From: a virus
Virus record (IMG/VR): IMGVR_UViG_3300021961_000075
Coordinates: 4,519 to 68,518 of that record
DNA length: 64,000 nucleotides
Strand: one strand, 5' to 3'
In this document: positions 49,049-59,046 of the stretch, in pieces
Layout of the letters: every line of letters starts with the position of its first letter
Position numbering within the stretch: the first letter of the stretch is position 1
The notes under the pieces: generated by a model
Databases searched by the model: none
What the model was told of the DNA's origin: nothing
Seen by the model: the letters and a program-made list of their open reading frames with translations, nothing else
Translations under genes and position numbers: made by a program

Positions 49049-49364
49049 AAACGTAGCTAGACTTGTTGTAAAAGATCTAGTAACATATGATGGTCTTCTT
49101 GTACAGTATGATGTAACAAGGCAGCAAATAAAAACCCTTGAAGATAAATCATTGACGCTACAAGAGGTTATCGAAAACTTAAGGTTACAGATAGAAAATA
49201 GAAATCAAGTTATAAAGCAAAAAGACGAGCAAATACTGAACTACCAATCAATATCTGACGATCTTAAAAAAGCTTTAAAAAAAGAAAGAAGAACTAAAAA
49301 GCTTTATAAAATAGGTTCGGCTATAGGCGTTTCACTGCTACTATCAAATATATTAACCAAATAA
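48954..49364 (+). CDS. Overlapping second spanin-like protein
   Basis: Signal ..SFS|Q, coiled coil, hydrophobic C-terminus; overlaps the previous gene. Confidence 0.55.
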   Translation: MKLKRNLILLIVITMISFKSFSQIDTKILLSENVARLVVKDLVTYDGLLVQYDVTRQQIKTLEDKSLTLQEVIENLRLQIENRNQVIKQKDEQILNYQSISDDLKKALKKERRTKKLYKIGSAIGVSLLLSNILTK

Positions 49365-49365
49365 A

Positions 49366-49399
49366 AAAGGGAGATCGAAAGATCCCCCTTTATTTTTTT
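49366..49399. terminator. Bidirectional terminator between the convergent arms
   Basis: aaaggg(a)gatc-gaaa-gatc(c)cccttt with A and T tracts on either side. Confidence 0.8.
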
Positions 49400-51167
49400 A
49401 TCCGTCACATGATAAGCAATCCGGATCCATTGCCTTTGTAGCAATATCTCCTCTTAACACTGATTCGGTTCGCATGTAATACAACGTTTTAATTCCTTTT
49501 TTCCAAGCTTCCAAATGAACTTGATTTATCCATTTAGGCGTAGCCACAGAGGGAAACGCGAGATTCAAAGAAACAGACTGATCAACATACTGCTGGCGAA
49601 TACCAGCTTGGTTAACGAGCTCGAGCTGATTTATCTCTTTGAATGTTTTAAATACGTCTTTTATTGTATCAAATCCATACTTCTCAATATCTTCAGCAGA
49701 CTCAGATAGCTTTACAAGTTTACCTTGTACATATCCGTAATCTTCAAGCTCTGCAATATCTTGAACAGATCCTTTATCTTCTAATATCTTGTTCCAAGTC
49801 TCAGTGGTATTAATACCTATCTTTTTGAAGACTTTTTCTAACTCTTTATTTTTTCTAATAAATGTTCCTTTAGCAGACTGTTCTGTAAACACGTTTGCAG
49901 CCCAAGGTTCTATGCCCGGCGATACGTTTCCAGAAAGTTTTGAATTAGATACCGTGGGTGCAATAGCTCTAAGGTGTGTATTTCTAAACCCTGTATCCCT
50001 ACACCATAATGGTTCTCCATATACCTCAGCAAGGTCACGGGAAGCTCTCTCTGATTCAATTTTAAGTTGACTAAAAACGCGTCTTGTTTCAAATTGTGCC
50101 TGCATACCCTCAAATGGTATTCCTTTTTGCTGTAAATAAGTGTGCCATCCCAGAACTCCCAAACCAAGAGCCCTTCCCTTTTCGGCACTACGCACACTAT
50201 TTTCAAAGCCTTTAAGCCCTTTCGCCCGCTGAATAAACTCTTCAAGTACGCCATCCAAAAACCAAATACTGTGGTATATAAGGTTAGTGTCTTTCCATTC
50301 ATCATATTTAGCTATATTAACTGAACTAAGACAACATACAAAACTATGGTTTTCATCCGTGTGTAATGTTATCTCAGAACATATATTTGTCATATGAACT
50401 TTAAGTCCGTTGTCTTTGTATGCTCTTGGATTACTTTTATTTGTATTTCCTTTAAAAAGGATATAAGGTTCTCCAGTTGCTTTACGTTTTTGTAATAGCT
50501 TTCCCCATCGCGTCCTAGCATCAATATCTCCTTGTTCAAGTCTTCGCATAAACTTATCACCGACCACAGCGCACTGGTGGAGATTGAGCGACTGTCTATT
50601 AACGTCACCTTTTGGCTCTCTAATCTCAAGCCAGTCCAAGAAATCGGGGTGGTCAATATTGATATTAACTGATGCTGCTCCTCGTCGGACAGATCCTTGA
50701 TTAGTGGCAAGTATAGTTGAATCGTAAATCTTGCAAAACGGCACCACTCCGTCAGATGTTCCATTGTTTGTTATTTTAGCTCCGGCAGGACGAATCATAT
50801 TGATGCCTATACCAACTCCCCCACCGTGTTTAGCTAGTAGCATCATTTCTAAGTTTTTAGCACCAATCTCTTGAATACTATCACCTACATCAATACCAAA
50901 GCACGATATAGGTAATCCTCGATCAGTACCTGTATTTGAAAGAACTGGCGAAGCTAGATTTAGCCAGCCCTTCCATATATAGTCAAAAAATACTTCAGCA
51001 AGTTCCGGTTTGTACAACCTTCTAGCAACAGTTGACGCAACTCGCATATACGCATCTCTTGGGGTTTCCCATGGTAACAAGTAACCTCCTGTTATTGTTT
51101 TTTTGTATACATCGGTATCGCCCCAAATAGGGTAATCCTCGCCTTTAATCCAATCGTTATTCCACAT
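49398..51167 (-). CDS. nrdA: Class I ribonucleotide reductase alpha subunit (start MWNND)
   Basis: PISCF, TNICSEI, CCLSS, AIAPT, KTLYY and C-terminal CLSCDG; no ATP cone. Confidence 0.95.
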   Translation of the reverse strand: MWNNDWIKGEDYPIWGDTDVYKKTITGGYLLPWETPRDAYMRVASTVARRLYKPELAEVFFDYIWKGWLNLASPVLSNTGTDRGLPISCFGIDVGDSIQEIGAKNLEMMLLAKHGGGVGIGINMIRPAGAKITNNGTSDGVVPFCKIYDSTILATNQGSVRRGAASVNINIDHPDFLDWLEIREPKGDVNRQSLNLHQCAVVGDKFMRRLEQGDIDARTRWGKLLQKRKATGEPYILFKGNTNKSNPRAYKDNGLKVHMTNICSEITLHTDENHSFVCCLSSVNIAKYDEWKDTNLIYHSIWFLDGVLEEFIQRAKGLKGFENSVRSAEKGRALGLGVLGWHTYLQQKGIPFEGMQAQFETRRVFSQLKIESERASRDLAEVYGEPLWCRDTGFRNTHLRAIAPTVSNSKLSGNVSPGIEPWAANVFTEQSAKGTFIRKNKELEKVFKKIGINTTETWNKILEDKGSVQDIAELEDYGYVQGKLVKLSESAEDIEKYGFDTIKDVFKTFKEINQLELVNQAGIRQQYVDQSVSLNLAFPSVATPKWINQVHLEAWKKGIKTLYYMRTESVLRGDIATKAMDPDCLSCDG

Positions 51168-51171
51168 ATTT

Positions 51172-52140
51172 TTAAAATAAATCGTCCCAGTCTTCTCCTT
51201 CGTTTGCTTTAGAATAATCTGTAGGTCTAATAGCAAAAAAGTCAGTGTGTGTTACTCCTCCAGTTAAATGATAAAACCACTCAAGATTGTCTGCTGCTTT
51301 TGAGTCGTAATCAAAATAAGCATTTAGTTCTGTGTACCCAAGCTCAATAAGCTTTTCATTTAAACGTTTTTTAATAAACTGCTTAAGATCATAAGACTTG
51401 AGGTTTTCAATATCTCCCATCTCAAACATTTTGTCAATATAATTCATTTCTGCATCATGCATCGCGTCAGCAGCAGCAACTACGTCTTCTCTACACGCGC
51501 TCAATAAGTCTGGTTGCTCTTCACACATATGCCTAAATAATTGGCAACCCATCTTACTGTGTAAGCTTTCGTCTCTCACACTCCATTTCATTTGTTGACC
51601 AATACCTTTAAGAAGATTACGAAGCTGAAAACTATACAACACAGCGAACGCGCTATATAGAGAAACACCTTCTGCAAACGCAGAAAATATAGCTAAACTT
51701 TTACCAATACCAACACGGTCGTTGTTTTCACATGCTACAAGGTTTTCAAATCTTTCCATTGTTGCTGGATCATGTAAGAAAGCCTCAAAATCATCAAGCC
51801 CAAGTGTTTCGTTTAAGTACGAGTAAGCTACAGCATGGATAGTTTCTTGACTACCAAACATCATAGCCATTTGTTGTATTTCGTGTTTAGGAAACCAACT
51901 AACTACCTTTTGTGTCCAATAATCAGATACCGCACACTCTGTCTGCGCAAAACCAAGCAGTATATTACCAACTAAATTCTTTTCAGATTTATTTAATTTT
52001 TCGTTCCAGTCTTTAACATCACCAGACATTGGTATCTCAGTGTGCAACCAAAATGCCTGTGCTTGTTTTAGCCAACCTTCTGTATAATAAACTGGATACT
52101 CAAAAGGTTTATAGGCTACACGTTCATCAAATAATCCCAT
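51172..52140 (-). CDS. nrdB: Class I ribonucleotide reductase beta subunit
   Basis: FWLHTEI, ETIHAVAYS, EGVSLYSAF, RDESLH, DFF...DYSK. Confidence 0.95.
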   Translation of the reverse strand: MGLFDERVAYKPFEYPVYYTEGWLKQAQAFWLHTEIPMSGDVKDWNEKLNKSEKNLVGNILLGFAQTECAVSDYWTQKVVSWFPKHEIQQMAMMFGSQETIHAVAYSYLNETLGLDDFEAFLHDPATMERFENLVACENNDRVGIGKSLAIFSAFAEGVSLYSAFAVLYSFQLRNLLKGIGQQMKWSVRDESLHSKMGCQLFRHMCEEQPDLLSACREDVVAAADAMHDAEMNYIDKMFEMGDIENLKSYDLKQFIKKRLNEKLIELGYTELNAYFDYDSKAADNLEWFYHLTGGVTHTDFFAIRPTDYSKANEGEDWDDLF

Positions 52141-52142
52141 AT

Positions 52143-52304
52143 TTATTTTTCAATAATTAAAGCGATATCTACAAATGGTAAATAGAAAACCCAGGTATCA
52201 TACTCTGGCTCTTCATAAACTCTAGATCCAAATAATATACCCGGATAAAAGCCTATACTGATCTCCCATTCTCTACCTCCCTTGTCCTCTGTATCTTTTG
52301 ACAT
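52143..52304 (-). CDS. Hypothetical 53-aa protein (not in track)
   Basis: MSKDTEDKGGREWEISIGFYPGILFGSRVYEEPEYDTWVFYLPFVDIALIIEK. Confidence 0.6.
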   Translation of the reverse strand: MSKDTEDKGGREWEISIGFYPGILFGSRVYEEPEYDTWVFYLPFVDIALIIEK

Positions 52305-52416
52305 AATTTTTGCTTGTTTTAATTTTGCTTGATTTAGTTTTTGCGTTTATATTTTTTCTTCTTTTTTTAGGCTTAGGTATAAACACGACCAGATTTGCCT
52401 TTTTTGCTTTAACCAT
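52273..52416 (-). CDS. 47-aa basic protein ending YRGQGR (not in track)
   Basis: MVKAKKANLVVFIPKPKKRRKNINAKTKSSKIKTSKNYVKRYRGQGR. Confidence 0.65.
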   Translation of the reverse strand: MVKAKKANLVVFIPKPKKRRKNINAKTKSSKIKTSKNYVKRYRGQGR

Positions 52417-52582
52417 ACACTTTTATGTTATAATAATTTTGAACTTCAACTAGCTCTTTAAATTTTAAATAGCCTTTTTGATCAATAGAAGACTTAATAA
52501 ACTTATCTATTTGTCTTCCTACATAACGAAGCTTAGCTACTTCTTTTTCGCGTTGAGAATTAGCTCTATTACTCTGTGACAT
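52409..52582 (-). CDS. Hypothetical 57-aa protein (not in track)
   Basis: MSQSNRANSQREKEVAKLRYVGRQIDKF...; tiles the gap between neighbours. Confidence 0.55.
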   Translation of the reverse strand: MSQSNRANSQREKEVAKLRYVGRQIDKFIKSSIDQKGYLKFKELVEVQNYYNIKVYG

Positions 52583-52989
52583 TCGTCTTGATTTTGTGGT
52601 TTGTACAATGTAATATTCGGCATATTTTCTTGTATATACCTTTTAAATAATTTCCAGCGCATAGGAAAAGATTCGTTAGCACGCCCTTTACACTCAATAA
52701 TAAAGCCATCGCCAACAAAGTCTGGAGTATACTTAACAGGAAGTACACGCTTATTACCGCGATTAGCAAAATCACCTTTACCATTTGACTGCCTTTCATA
52801 GCATTCAGACGTAAAATCAAAACCGTCAAGTAGCGTGTAAGTTTCACCTTCGTATTGTGCGTTTATTTTTGCTGCTTTTAAAGCCATGTACATGTGCCTT
52901 TCAAGGCCAGATGCAAAATTAATTCCATCATATTTTATCTTTTTAGCTTGTACAGGACCTTTTTTTCTTTGTCTCACTCGCTTCCCCAT
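52537..52989 (-). CDS. T7 endonuclease I-like Holliday junction resolvase
   Basis: FASGLE...YE...KYTPDF...IIECKG PD-(D/E)XK motif. Confidence 0.85.
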   Translation of the reverse strand: MGKRVRQRKKGPVQAKKIKYDGINFASGLERHMYMALKAAKINAQYEGETYTLLDGFDFTSECYERQSNGKGDFANRGNKRVLPVKYTPDFVGDGFIIECKGRANESFPMRWKLFKRYIQENMPNITLYKPQNQDECHRVIELILNAKKK

Positions 52990-53363
52990 ATTTTGTCATT
53001 ATCTAGCATATATCCATCATGACTTTCATCATAATGCAATCCATCATTTCCATTTTGACCTATAATATCCATACGTTCGTCGTCTTCTTCAAAAGCATGA
53101 TTTGAACAAGGGTTGCTACGTCTTATAATTTCTTCTTGCCCAAGCTCTGTTAGCTCTTCTCTTGCGGCTTGAATATATAATATTGCATCCATAAGTTCTT
53201 CTTGAACGTCATTTAAATAACCAAGTAAATCTTTTTTACCTGATGTACGTTCATCATGCAACGTGCTTTTGTATTTTTTAAAACCAACATTAGAACGCTC
53301 AACAAATTTATCTACTACGCGTTCTACAACTGGATCTCTAAAAGCTATTTCTTTTTTATTCAT
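52974..53363 (-). CDS. All-alpha NTP-pyrophosphatase-like protein
   Basis: RSNVGFKKY..TL...VQEELMDAILY. Confidence 0.55.
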   Translation of the reverse strand: MNKKEIAFRDPVVERVVDKFVERSNVGFKKYKSTLHDERTSGKKDLLGYLNDVQEELMDAILYIQAAREELTELGQEEIIRRSNPCSNHAFEEDDERMDIIGQNGNDGLHYDESHDGYMLDNDKIWGSE

Positions 53364-54199
53364 AATTGCTTTACAAATGTTCCATTAGACATTTTACCTT
53401 TTCTACTTTTAATTACGTTATAAGCTGATGTGACGCAATCCTCAATATCAACACCAACGAATACTGCAAGGTTAGTAAGAACAACAACCATATCGCCAAT
53501 TGCATCAACGGCTTCTTCTTTGTTTTGTTTAAGTATAGCCTGAGCAAGCTCTCCGGCTTCTTCCATAAGTTTAACATACTGCGTTTTTTCATCTCCTTTA
53601 TCATATATGCCACGTTCATCTGCCCATTGTCTGATCAATGGAAATATATCCCTCATTGACGGGCCGATAGTAGACTTATCTGGCATCGTTAGACCTCCTA
53701 TAAGGGACTTTTCATCGTTGAACTGATCCATAGGACCTCCCTGAATAAAAGCCTCATAAAAAGCCTTATTATATATGTAGCAACGATCGGGTGTATATTG
53801 TGATCTGAATATATTGCTTATTATCCAGCGATTAGCTTCTTCTGTTAACTCAAAATGACCCAGATGTGTTGTCCAAGTATGACCTATATTTTCTTCTAAG
53901 AAAGCAGGAAGATCATCTATTGAAACAGGAAACGTCGTTGTTTGTTCTGTTGCATTTAATTTCATTTCTTTATTATTTAGATTTTTATATAGTTTACGAT
54001 CTACTTTATAACCATACATCTGTTGAAGCTCTATTTCTTTAATTGAAACCTCATCTATATCTTCTGTCGTAAGAAGTATTTCATATTGGTTAGGTTTATA
54101 TCCTTGCTGCTGCTCAACTCTCAACCTGGGATTTGTTGTCACACCAACTTTCTGGCCTGGTATATGGTAAATATAATATTTTTTATTAGAGTCTGTCAT
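53360..54199 (-). CDS. MazG-like nucleotide pyrophosphohydrolase fused to an N-terminal GIY-YIG-like segment
   Basis: KLMEEAGELA...DAIGDMVVVL...AYNVIKSRKG; N-terminus YYIYHIPGQKVGVT; start reassigned to MTDSNKK. Confidence 0.8.
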   Translation of the reverse strand: MTDSNKKYYIYHIPGQKVGVTTNPRLRVEQQQGYKPNQYEILLTTEDIDEVSIKEIELQQMYGYKVDRKLYKNLNNKEMKLNATEQTTTFPVSIDDLPAFLEENIGHTWTTHLGHFELTEEANRWIISNIFRSQYTPDRCYIYNKAFYEAFIQGGPMDQFNDEKSLIGGLTMPDKSTIGPSMRDIFPLIRQWADERGIYDKGDEKTQYVKLMEEAGELAQAILKQNKEEAVDAIGDMVVVLTNLAVFVGVDIEDCVTSAYNVIKSRKGKMSNGTFVKQL

Positions 54200-54845
54200 T
54201 GTATAGGTGTAAATTGTTAACAAAGTGATAGTATTGACCAACGTCAATAGACAGCCTCTGAGCTACAAGTTGTTGCAGCTTTGAAAAGCAATACTGGTCA
54301 TTAGGAAAACCGTACCATAAATCATTGGAACGCATCATAACGGACATGTAGAGTTTATTGTCCATTATATAAAAGTTTACGGCATAAGTACAGGGCGTAT
54401 CAAAAGCATAATCAATGTTTTCTTTAGCATCATAGATGCTTATAGAGGCTTGCCGTGTTTGCGGATCGCGTTCAAGAAGATTAATTACATATTCAAGTTG
54501 ATTATTACGTCTCCATTGTGATCCATAATTAGAATTTACGCGCCCATTTTCATCAGCCATACGCTGCCAAATAGCTGGTACTTTTCCGTATATTTCGCCA
54601 AGAGTAGAAAGCCTATTGTCACCTGATAAATACCACTCCCATTCAGCGTCAGCATACTTTTGGTTCCAAGGTCTATCGCGGTGATAAACAACATTATCTA
54701 ATGGATTTTCAATCCAAAAACCTATATTAAATAAAGCTTTTGTGTTTTGAAATTTAATACCACTGTGTTTAATAATTTCAAGCCAGTATTCAAACGCGTG
54801 AGTTGCATTTTCAAAGTTCGTCCTCAGGTCTATATTTGTTTGCAT
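54186..54845 (-). CDS. Thymidylate synthase family enzyme with a dCMP-hydroxymethylase-like signature
   Basis: DTPCT, MRSNDLWYGFPND, YYHFVNNLHLY. Confidence 0.8.
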   Translation of the reverse strand: MQTNIDLRTNFENATHAFEYWLEIIKHSGIKFQNTKALFNIGFWIENPLDNVVYHRDRPWNQKYADAEWEWYLSGDNRLSTLGEIYGKVPAIWQRMADENGRVNSNYGSQWRRNNQLEYVINLLERDPQTRQASISIYDAKENIDYAFDTPCTYAVNFYIMDNKLYMSVMMRSNDLWYGFPNDQYCFSKLQQLVAQRLSIDVGQYYHFVNNLHLYNDRL

Positions 54846-55092
54846 AGTATAAATAAAATTCGAATATTTTTTTAATTACTTCGTTTCTGTCGTATCTTTC
54901 TGGAGACTTATGTATTTTCTCTTTGATTTTGATATTAATGTGCCATGGTCCATTCTCGTTACTGTCAGCATATATAATGATTTTATTGTCTGTACACCAG
55001 TACAATGCAAATCGTTCTTCTTTGTTTGGTTCGTATTCTCCATAATCGGGCGCTAATAAACTGCTAGTTGTCCAGTGTTTTTTCTTGGCCAT
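54811..55092 (-). CDS. Hypothetical protein
   Basis: 93 aa, tiled between neighbours. Confidence 0.65.
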   Translation of the reverse strand: MAKKKHWTTSSLLAPDYGEYEPNKEERFALYWCTDNKIIIYADSNENGPWHINIKIKEKIHKSPERYDRNEVIKKIFEFYLYYANKYRPEDEL

Positions 55093-55093
55093 A

Positions 55094-56809
55094 TTATTCC
55101 CAAGGCATTGCTTCGTTTTCTATTAATACAGGTTCGTGCGGTATAAAACATCCAGACTTAGGTTCCCATTTAAAATGAGCCTCAGCTCCGTTTTCACCTA
55201 GGTTTTGAAACTTAACTTTAAGCACTTTTGCTTTAACAGTTTTAGCTTCATAGTCACGATGAACTAATATACCGTGGTAAGATGCGTCATACCATTCACC
55301 TCCACCTTTAATGTTGTACATTGTAGGTTCTTCAATCTGTCCATCTTTGTCTTTGTACATTTTAGTTGGGTGTGCTACTACTATAACTAAAACATCATAT
55401 TTCTTACAGAATGTTTCAATTTTAGTTAAGTACTCCATTGTGTATCTATTGACGTCTTCTGTTTTAGCATCAACGTCTCTTACTTTGTTAAATGGATCAA
55501 TAACTAAGCATTTAATGCCTTTGCGTTTTACGAGTTCAGCTCCCTTTCTAAGGACCGCTTCCAACGAATAACGGTCCATATCAATGAAATAAAAATTATC
55601 ATTTATATGTGTTTTTACTTGTTCCCACTTTGCGCTTCCAATGTCTGTCTTACTAGGCATTCCTTCCCACACTTTTCTAAATAGCTTGTGGGCATGTAAG
55701 TAAGTAGGTGCATTTTCTGGAGAAGCATACGCTGTTTTCCAGCCATATAGCTTATTATATCCGACAACCATTTGATCGACAAAATCACTTTTACCGGAAG
55801 AAGGAATACCAGTGACAGTAATAAACTGACCAGTATAAGTCGAAAAGATACGGTCAAAGTTATCAAGACCAACTTGATATCCAGGCTTAAAACCGTTATT
55901 GACGAAATCAACGATCTCGTGCTCGATGTCTTTAAATGTTGTAACATTCTCAAGCGGGACTGGTTAGGCGGTTGATATATGCTCTGCCAGTTTTTGTTTT
56001 CCATATTTTTGTAAATAATCGTTTGCGTCCTTGACGTCGTCGAAACTGAGTGTATAGCACAACTCTGCGCCAAGACGTCGTATTAGTTCAGACTGTAACG
56101 CTTGACCTGCTTCGTCGTTGTCTACAGCTATAATGACTTTGTCTTTATCAGAGAAATAATCTATACAGCTATCAAGATAATCTAAGTTGTTATTAGTAAG
56201 TGTAGCTCCATTAGGTACAGAAACAACGTTTTTAATACCAGCTTCATGAAATGAAAGAACATCCATTTCACCTTCAACTATAACAACGGTGTTATAACCT
56301 ACAGTGGCATCAATGTTGTAAAATACTTTTTCAGCTCCTTTAAAAAGCTTAAAGTTTTTTCTACCATCTCTGTATTTGATGTTGACTAGTTCATTACCTA
56401 TAAAGTAATTAAACTGAATTGTGTTTTCTTGTTTACCCGTTTGTGGCATAAACTCCAAACCCTCGCTGACTTTTAAATCATTAAGGGTTTGAAGAGATAT
56501 ACCTCTGCTGTCAAACCAAGCTACAACTTTCGGGTTTTGGATGAGTGGTGATTGATGATCGGGAGTTTCATAGATTTTATCTATTTCACCTCGACGCTTA
56601 TAAGTATGTAGCTGAAATGTTTGATGGCAGTTGTGACATGTTCCGAGACCACGTTCCCAATCATAACTAGCACACTTAAGCTTTTTATTCTCGGGTTTTC
56701 TATCGTGAGAACACAGAGGACAAGTACCTTGTGTTTTACCCACTTCAAGTTCATATTGATTGAATTTTTCAATCGCAAATCCATTGATCTCTACGTTGTT
56801 AACGTGCAT
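55094..56809 (-). CDS. T7 gp4/Twinkle-like primase-helicase interrupted by one in-frame TAA at 55964-55966
   Basis: Zn finger CPLC..CHNC, TOPRIM EGEMD and DNDEAG. The frame continues past the TAA as PVPLENV...GIPSSGKS (Walker A)...LVIDP...VAHP. Confidence 0.88.
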
Positions 56810-56829
56810 GTCTTAAACTGAAAATTAAA

Positions 56830-57138
56830 TTAAAATGGTAGATCGTCGTTTGCTACAGGAGACGCAGCCTGTTGTTGAGGTTGTCCGTCACGTGGAGTTG
56901 GTTGTGGTACAACACCATCAGTCCATACGACTTGTACATTGCCTAAATAAGTTTTAGCTTCTTTGGCATCACGCTCCTCTTTTGACTGAGCAACCGTTAT
57001 AGGTCCATCGTTACCAAACTTGTCTTTTTCATTGTTGATGGTAATAGTCAAAGGTAAATACTTACCTTTTTTACCATCGATAATCTTGTCTTTCGGTATG
57101 TCAGACAGATTAATACTTGTTTTTAAAATAATTGCCAT
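56830..57138 (-). CDS. Single-stranded DNA-binding protein
   Basis: KDKFGNDG..TVAQSKEER...YLGN; acidic DDLPF tip. Confidence 0.75.
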   Translation of the reverse strand: MAIILKTSINLSDIPKDKIIDGKKGKYLPLTITINNEKDKFGNDGPITVAQSKEERDAKEAKTYLGNVQVVWTDGVVPQPTPRDGQPQQQAASPVANDDLPF

Positions 57139-57140
57139 AT

Positions 57141-57872
57141 CTATAATGTATTGGTTTCTAAATACTGTTTAGGGTCAAACCCTTCTGTTTTATAAAACAA
57201 ATCATATATGTGACTTGCTCTTTGCACTTTATCTTCTCCTGCTAGATAAAAATTATCTGAACATTCAAATATATTAATTTTATATGAAGTTTTGTCGATA
57301 GCAATAAAAATAAATTCATAGCCAAACAGGTGCCTGTAAATATAAGCTTGGCTATCGTAATTATACTTTTTAGCACTCCATTTAAAACCATCTATATCTG
57401 AGGTTGTCTTGATGTCAATGATAAGCTTTTCACTGTGGTTTACAATGTCAGCTTTTCCTTTCCATTTGTTTCCAAACAACTCTGTAACGCCAGGCTTTTC
57501 ATATTCATTACCCTCTGCCTGAATAAGATCTCTACAAATATCGTTATCAAGTATAATATCCCTAAGCTTTTCAATAACATCAACTTCATGTTGAAGCAGT
57601 ATTAGTTCACCTTGAGATACCTCTTTGTATTCTTTATTGTTTCTGCTACTAGCCTTAACAACTTTAAACTTATGTAGTTTTTCAGGTTCAAGTATACACG
57701 TGTGTAAGTAACCGCCAATAAGCATTGGAACTGTTTTTTCGGTTGGCTTACCTAGATCTAACGGGTTTTTGAAAAGAGTACCAATATCAGAGTTTGATAG
57801 GTACTTCTTTCCAAATTCACCGTAATAGTCCTCGTCATTTTTCAGACGGTCAAGCGCTTTGGCTTGGCTCAT
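57141..57872 (-). CDS. RecE/exonuclease VIII-like PD-(D/E)XK nuclease
   Basis: LSNSD, G.YLH..ILEP, KGKAD...IIDIKTT, Y.Y..QAYIY. Confidence 0.82.
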   Translation of the reverse strand: MSQAKALDRLKNDEDYYGEFGKKYLSNSDIGTLFKNPLDLGKPTEKTVPMLIGGYLHTCILEPEKLHKFKVVKASSRNNKEYKEVSQGELILLQHEVDVIEKLRDIILDNDICRDLIQAEGNEYEKPGVTELFGNKWKGKADIVNHSEKLIIDIKTTSDIDGFKWSAKKYNYDSQAYIYRHLFGYEFIFIAIDKTSYKINIFECSDNFYLAGEDKVQRASHIYDLFYKTEGFDPKQYLETNTL

Positions 57873-57873
57873 A

Positions 57874-58290
57874 TTATAATTGTTTTCTTAGTTCATATTT
57901 ACTTGCGTCAACAAAATCCTCTGATTCATCTTGGCCAAACACGCCTAACGCGTAGAAGCCTGTAAGCTTTAACACGATACGTGACATAGCTCGTTTTTCA
58001 GCCATAGCAAGTACATAACTTTGGCGGCAGTTTTTAGGTGATGCCTCTCCAAACGTAGTTATAATTTGCTCTCCGTACTGACCAACAGCTTTAACAGCGG
58101 CTGATTCACCAGGCGTATATTCAATTACTTCATAATCAATATTGATATCAGCAGTTGCCTGTATTTTATCAATACCTGATCTTGTAATAATTGTCCAGCC
58201 TTGCGGAGACTTGAATGTGTCTTCTTGGTTGAGGTTGTATTTCTTGTACAACTCTCTTAGCATTTCGGTTTTGGTAAGTGTGGTGCTCAT
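57874..58290 (-). CDS. Hypothetical protein, possible single-strand annealing recombinase
   Basis: AMAEKRAMSRIVLK..GF; adjacent to the exonuclease and SSB; function inferred from context. Confidence 0.55.
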   Translation of the reverse strand: MSTTLTKTEMLRELYKKYNLNQEDTFKSPQGWTIITRSGIDKIQATADINIDYEVIEYTPGESAAVKAVGQYGEQIITTFGEASPKNCRQSYVLAMAEKRAMSRIVLKLTGFYALGVFGQDESEDFVDASKYELRKQL

Positions 58291-58293
58291 GGT

Positions 58294-59046
58294 TTAATCA
58301 TTTATAAAATCTAATACTTGGTTTGGGTCTACGTTATCTATTAGCTTATCAAGGGCTTCACGTTTAATCTGAGATACCCTAACAAAGTCAGCAACACCTT
58401 GAATATCAAGTAGTTTTGCTATTTTTTTAGCAGGTATTTTATCACAGTCTAATCCGAAACTCATCCTCAACACATCGTATTCACGATCGTTAAGGTATTC
58501 CCTCATCAAAGATAATATATATTTGTTAAGTAAGTTAATATTATATTCCTTTGATTTGTCTTCTATATCAAAAGGTTTTTCTTCGTCCTCGTTTTCATCT
58601 ATACTAGAAAATATAGAGTTAAAAAACATTTCTACAAGCTCACGATCTTTTCCTTCGTTTTTACGTATCTCATTTAACTTGTGTTCGGGTATACGTATAT
58701 CTCCCCTGTTAATGTCTATGTTGCGTCTAACGGATCCTTTTATTCGTTTTGATACAAAGCCTTTGATCTGTCTTTCTACATCATCATTCATGTTTATAAT
58801 GTTCCAGTCTAAACGATCTACAGCTGCTATTAATCCGTAATTAGCTTCTTGTATAATATCATTTATAGTCATTACGCCTGATGCTTGATCTGATGTTGAA
58901 AATGTTCTTGCTATTTCCATGGCAAAAGGCATAAGTTTTATAATTAATTCGTCTCGTGTATATTCATTCCACGGTTTGTCTTCAGGCATACACGCCTCTA
59001 AGTCGCGTTTATACCTTAGATAATTTTCTAAGTTGTAATTCTTCAT
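58294..59046 (-). CDS. Sigma-70-family RNA polymerase sigma factor
   Basis: DIIQEANYGLIAAVDRLD (region 2), IRIPEH, LNDREYDVLRMSFGL...IAKLL...RVSQIKREALDKL (region 4). Confidence 0.9.
   Translation of the reverse strand: MKNYNLENYLRYKRDLEACMPEDKPWNEYTRDELIIKLMPFAMEIARTFSTSDQASGVMTINDIIQEANYGLIAAVDRLDWNIINMNDDVERQIKGFVSKRIKGSVRRNIDINRGDIRIPEHKLNEIRKNEGKDRELVEMFFNSIFSSIDENEDEEKPFDIEDKSKEYNINLLNKYILSLMREYLNDREYDVLRMSFGLDCDKIPAKKIAKLLDIQGVADFVRVSQIKREALDKLIDNVDPNQVLDFIND

Noticed and set aside
55615-56073. 152-aa ORF bridging primase and helicase, suggesting a frameshift
   Set aside because: Primase and helicase are already in the same frame, and the Walker A lies in that frame.
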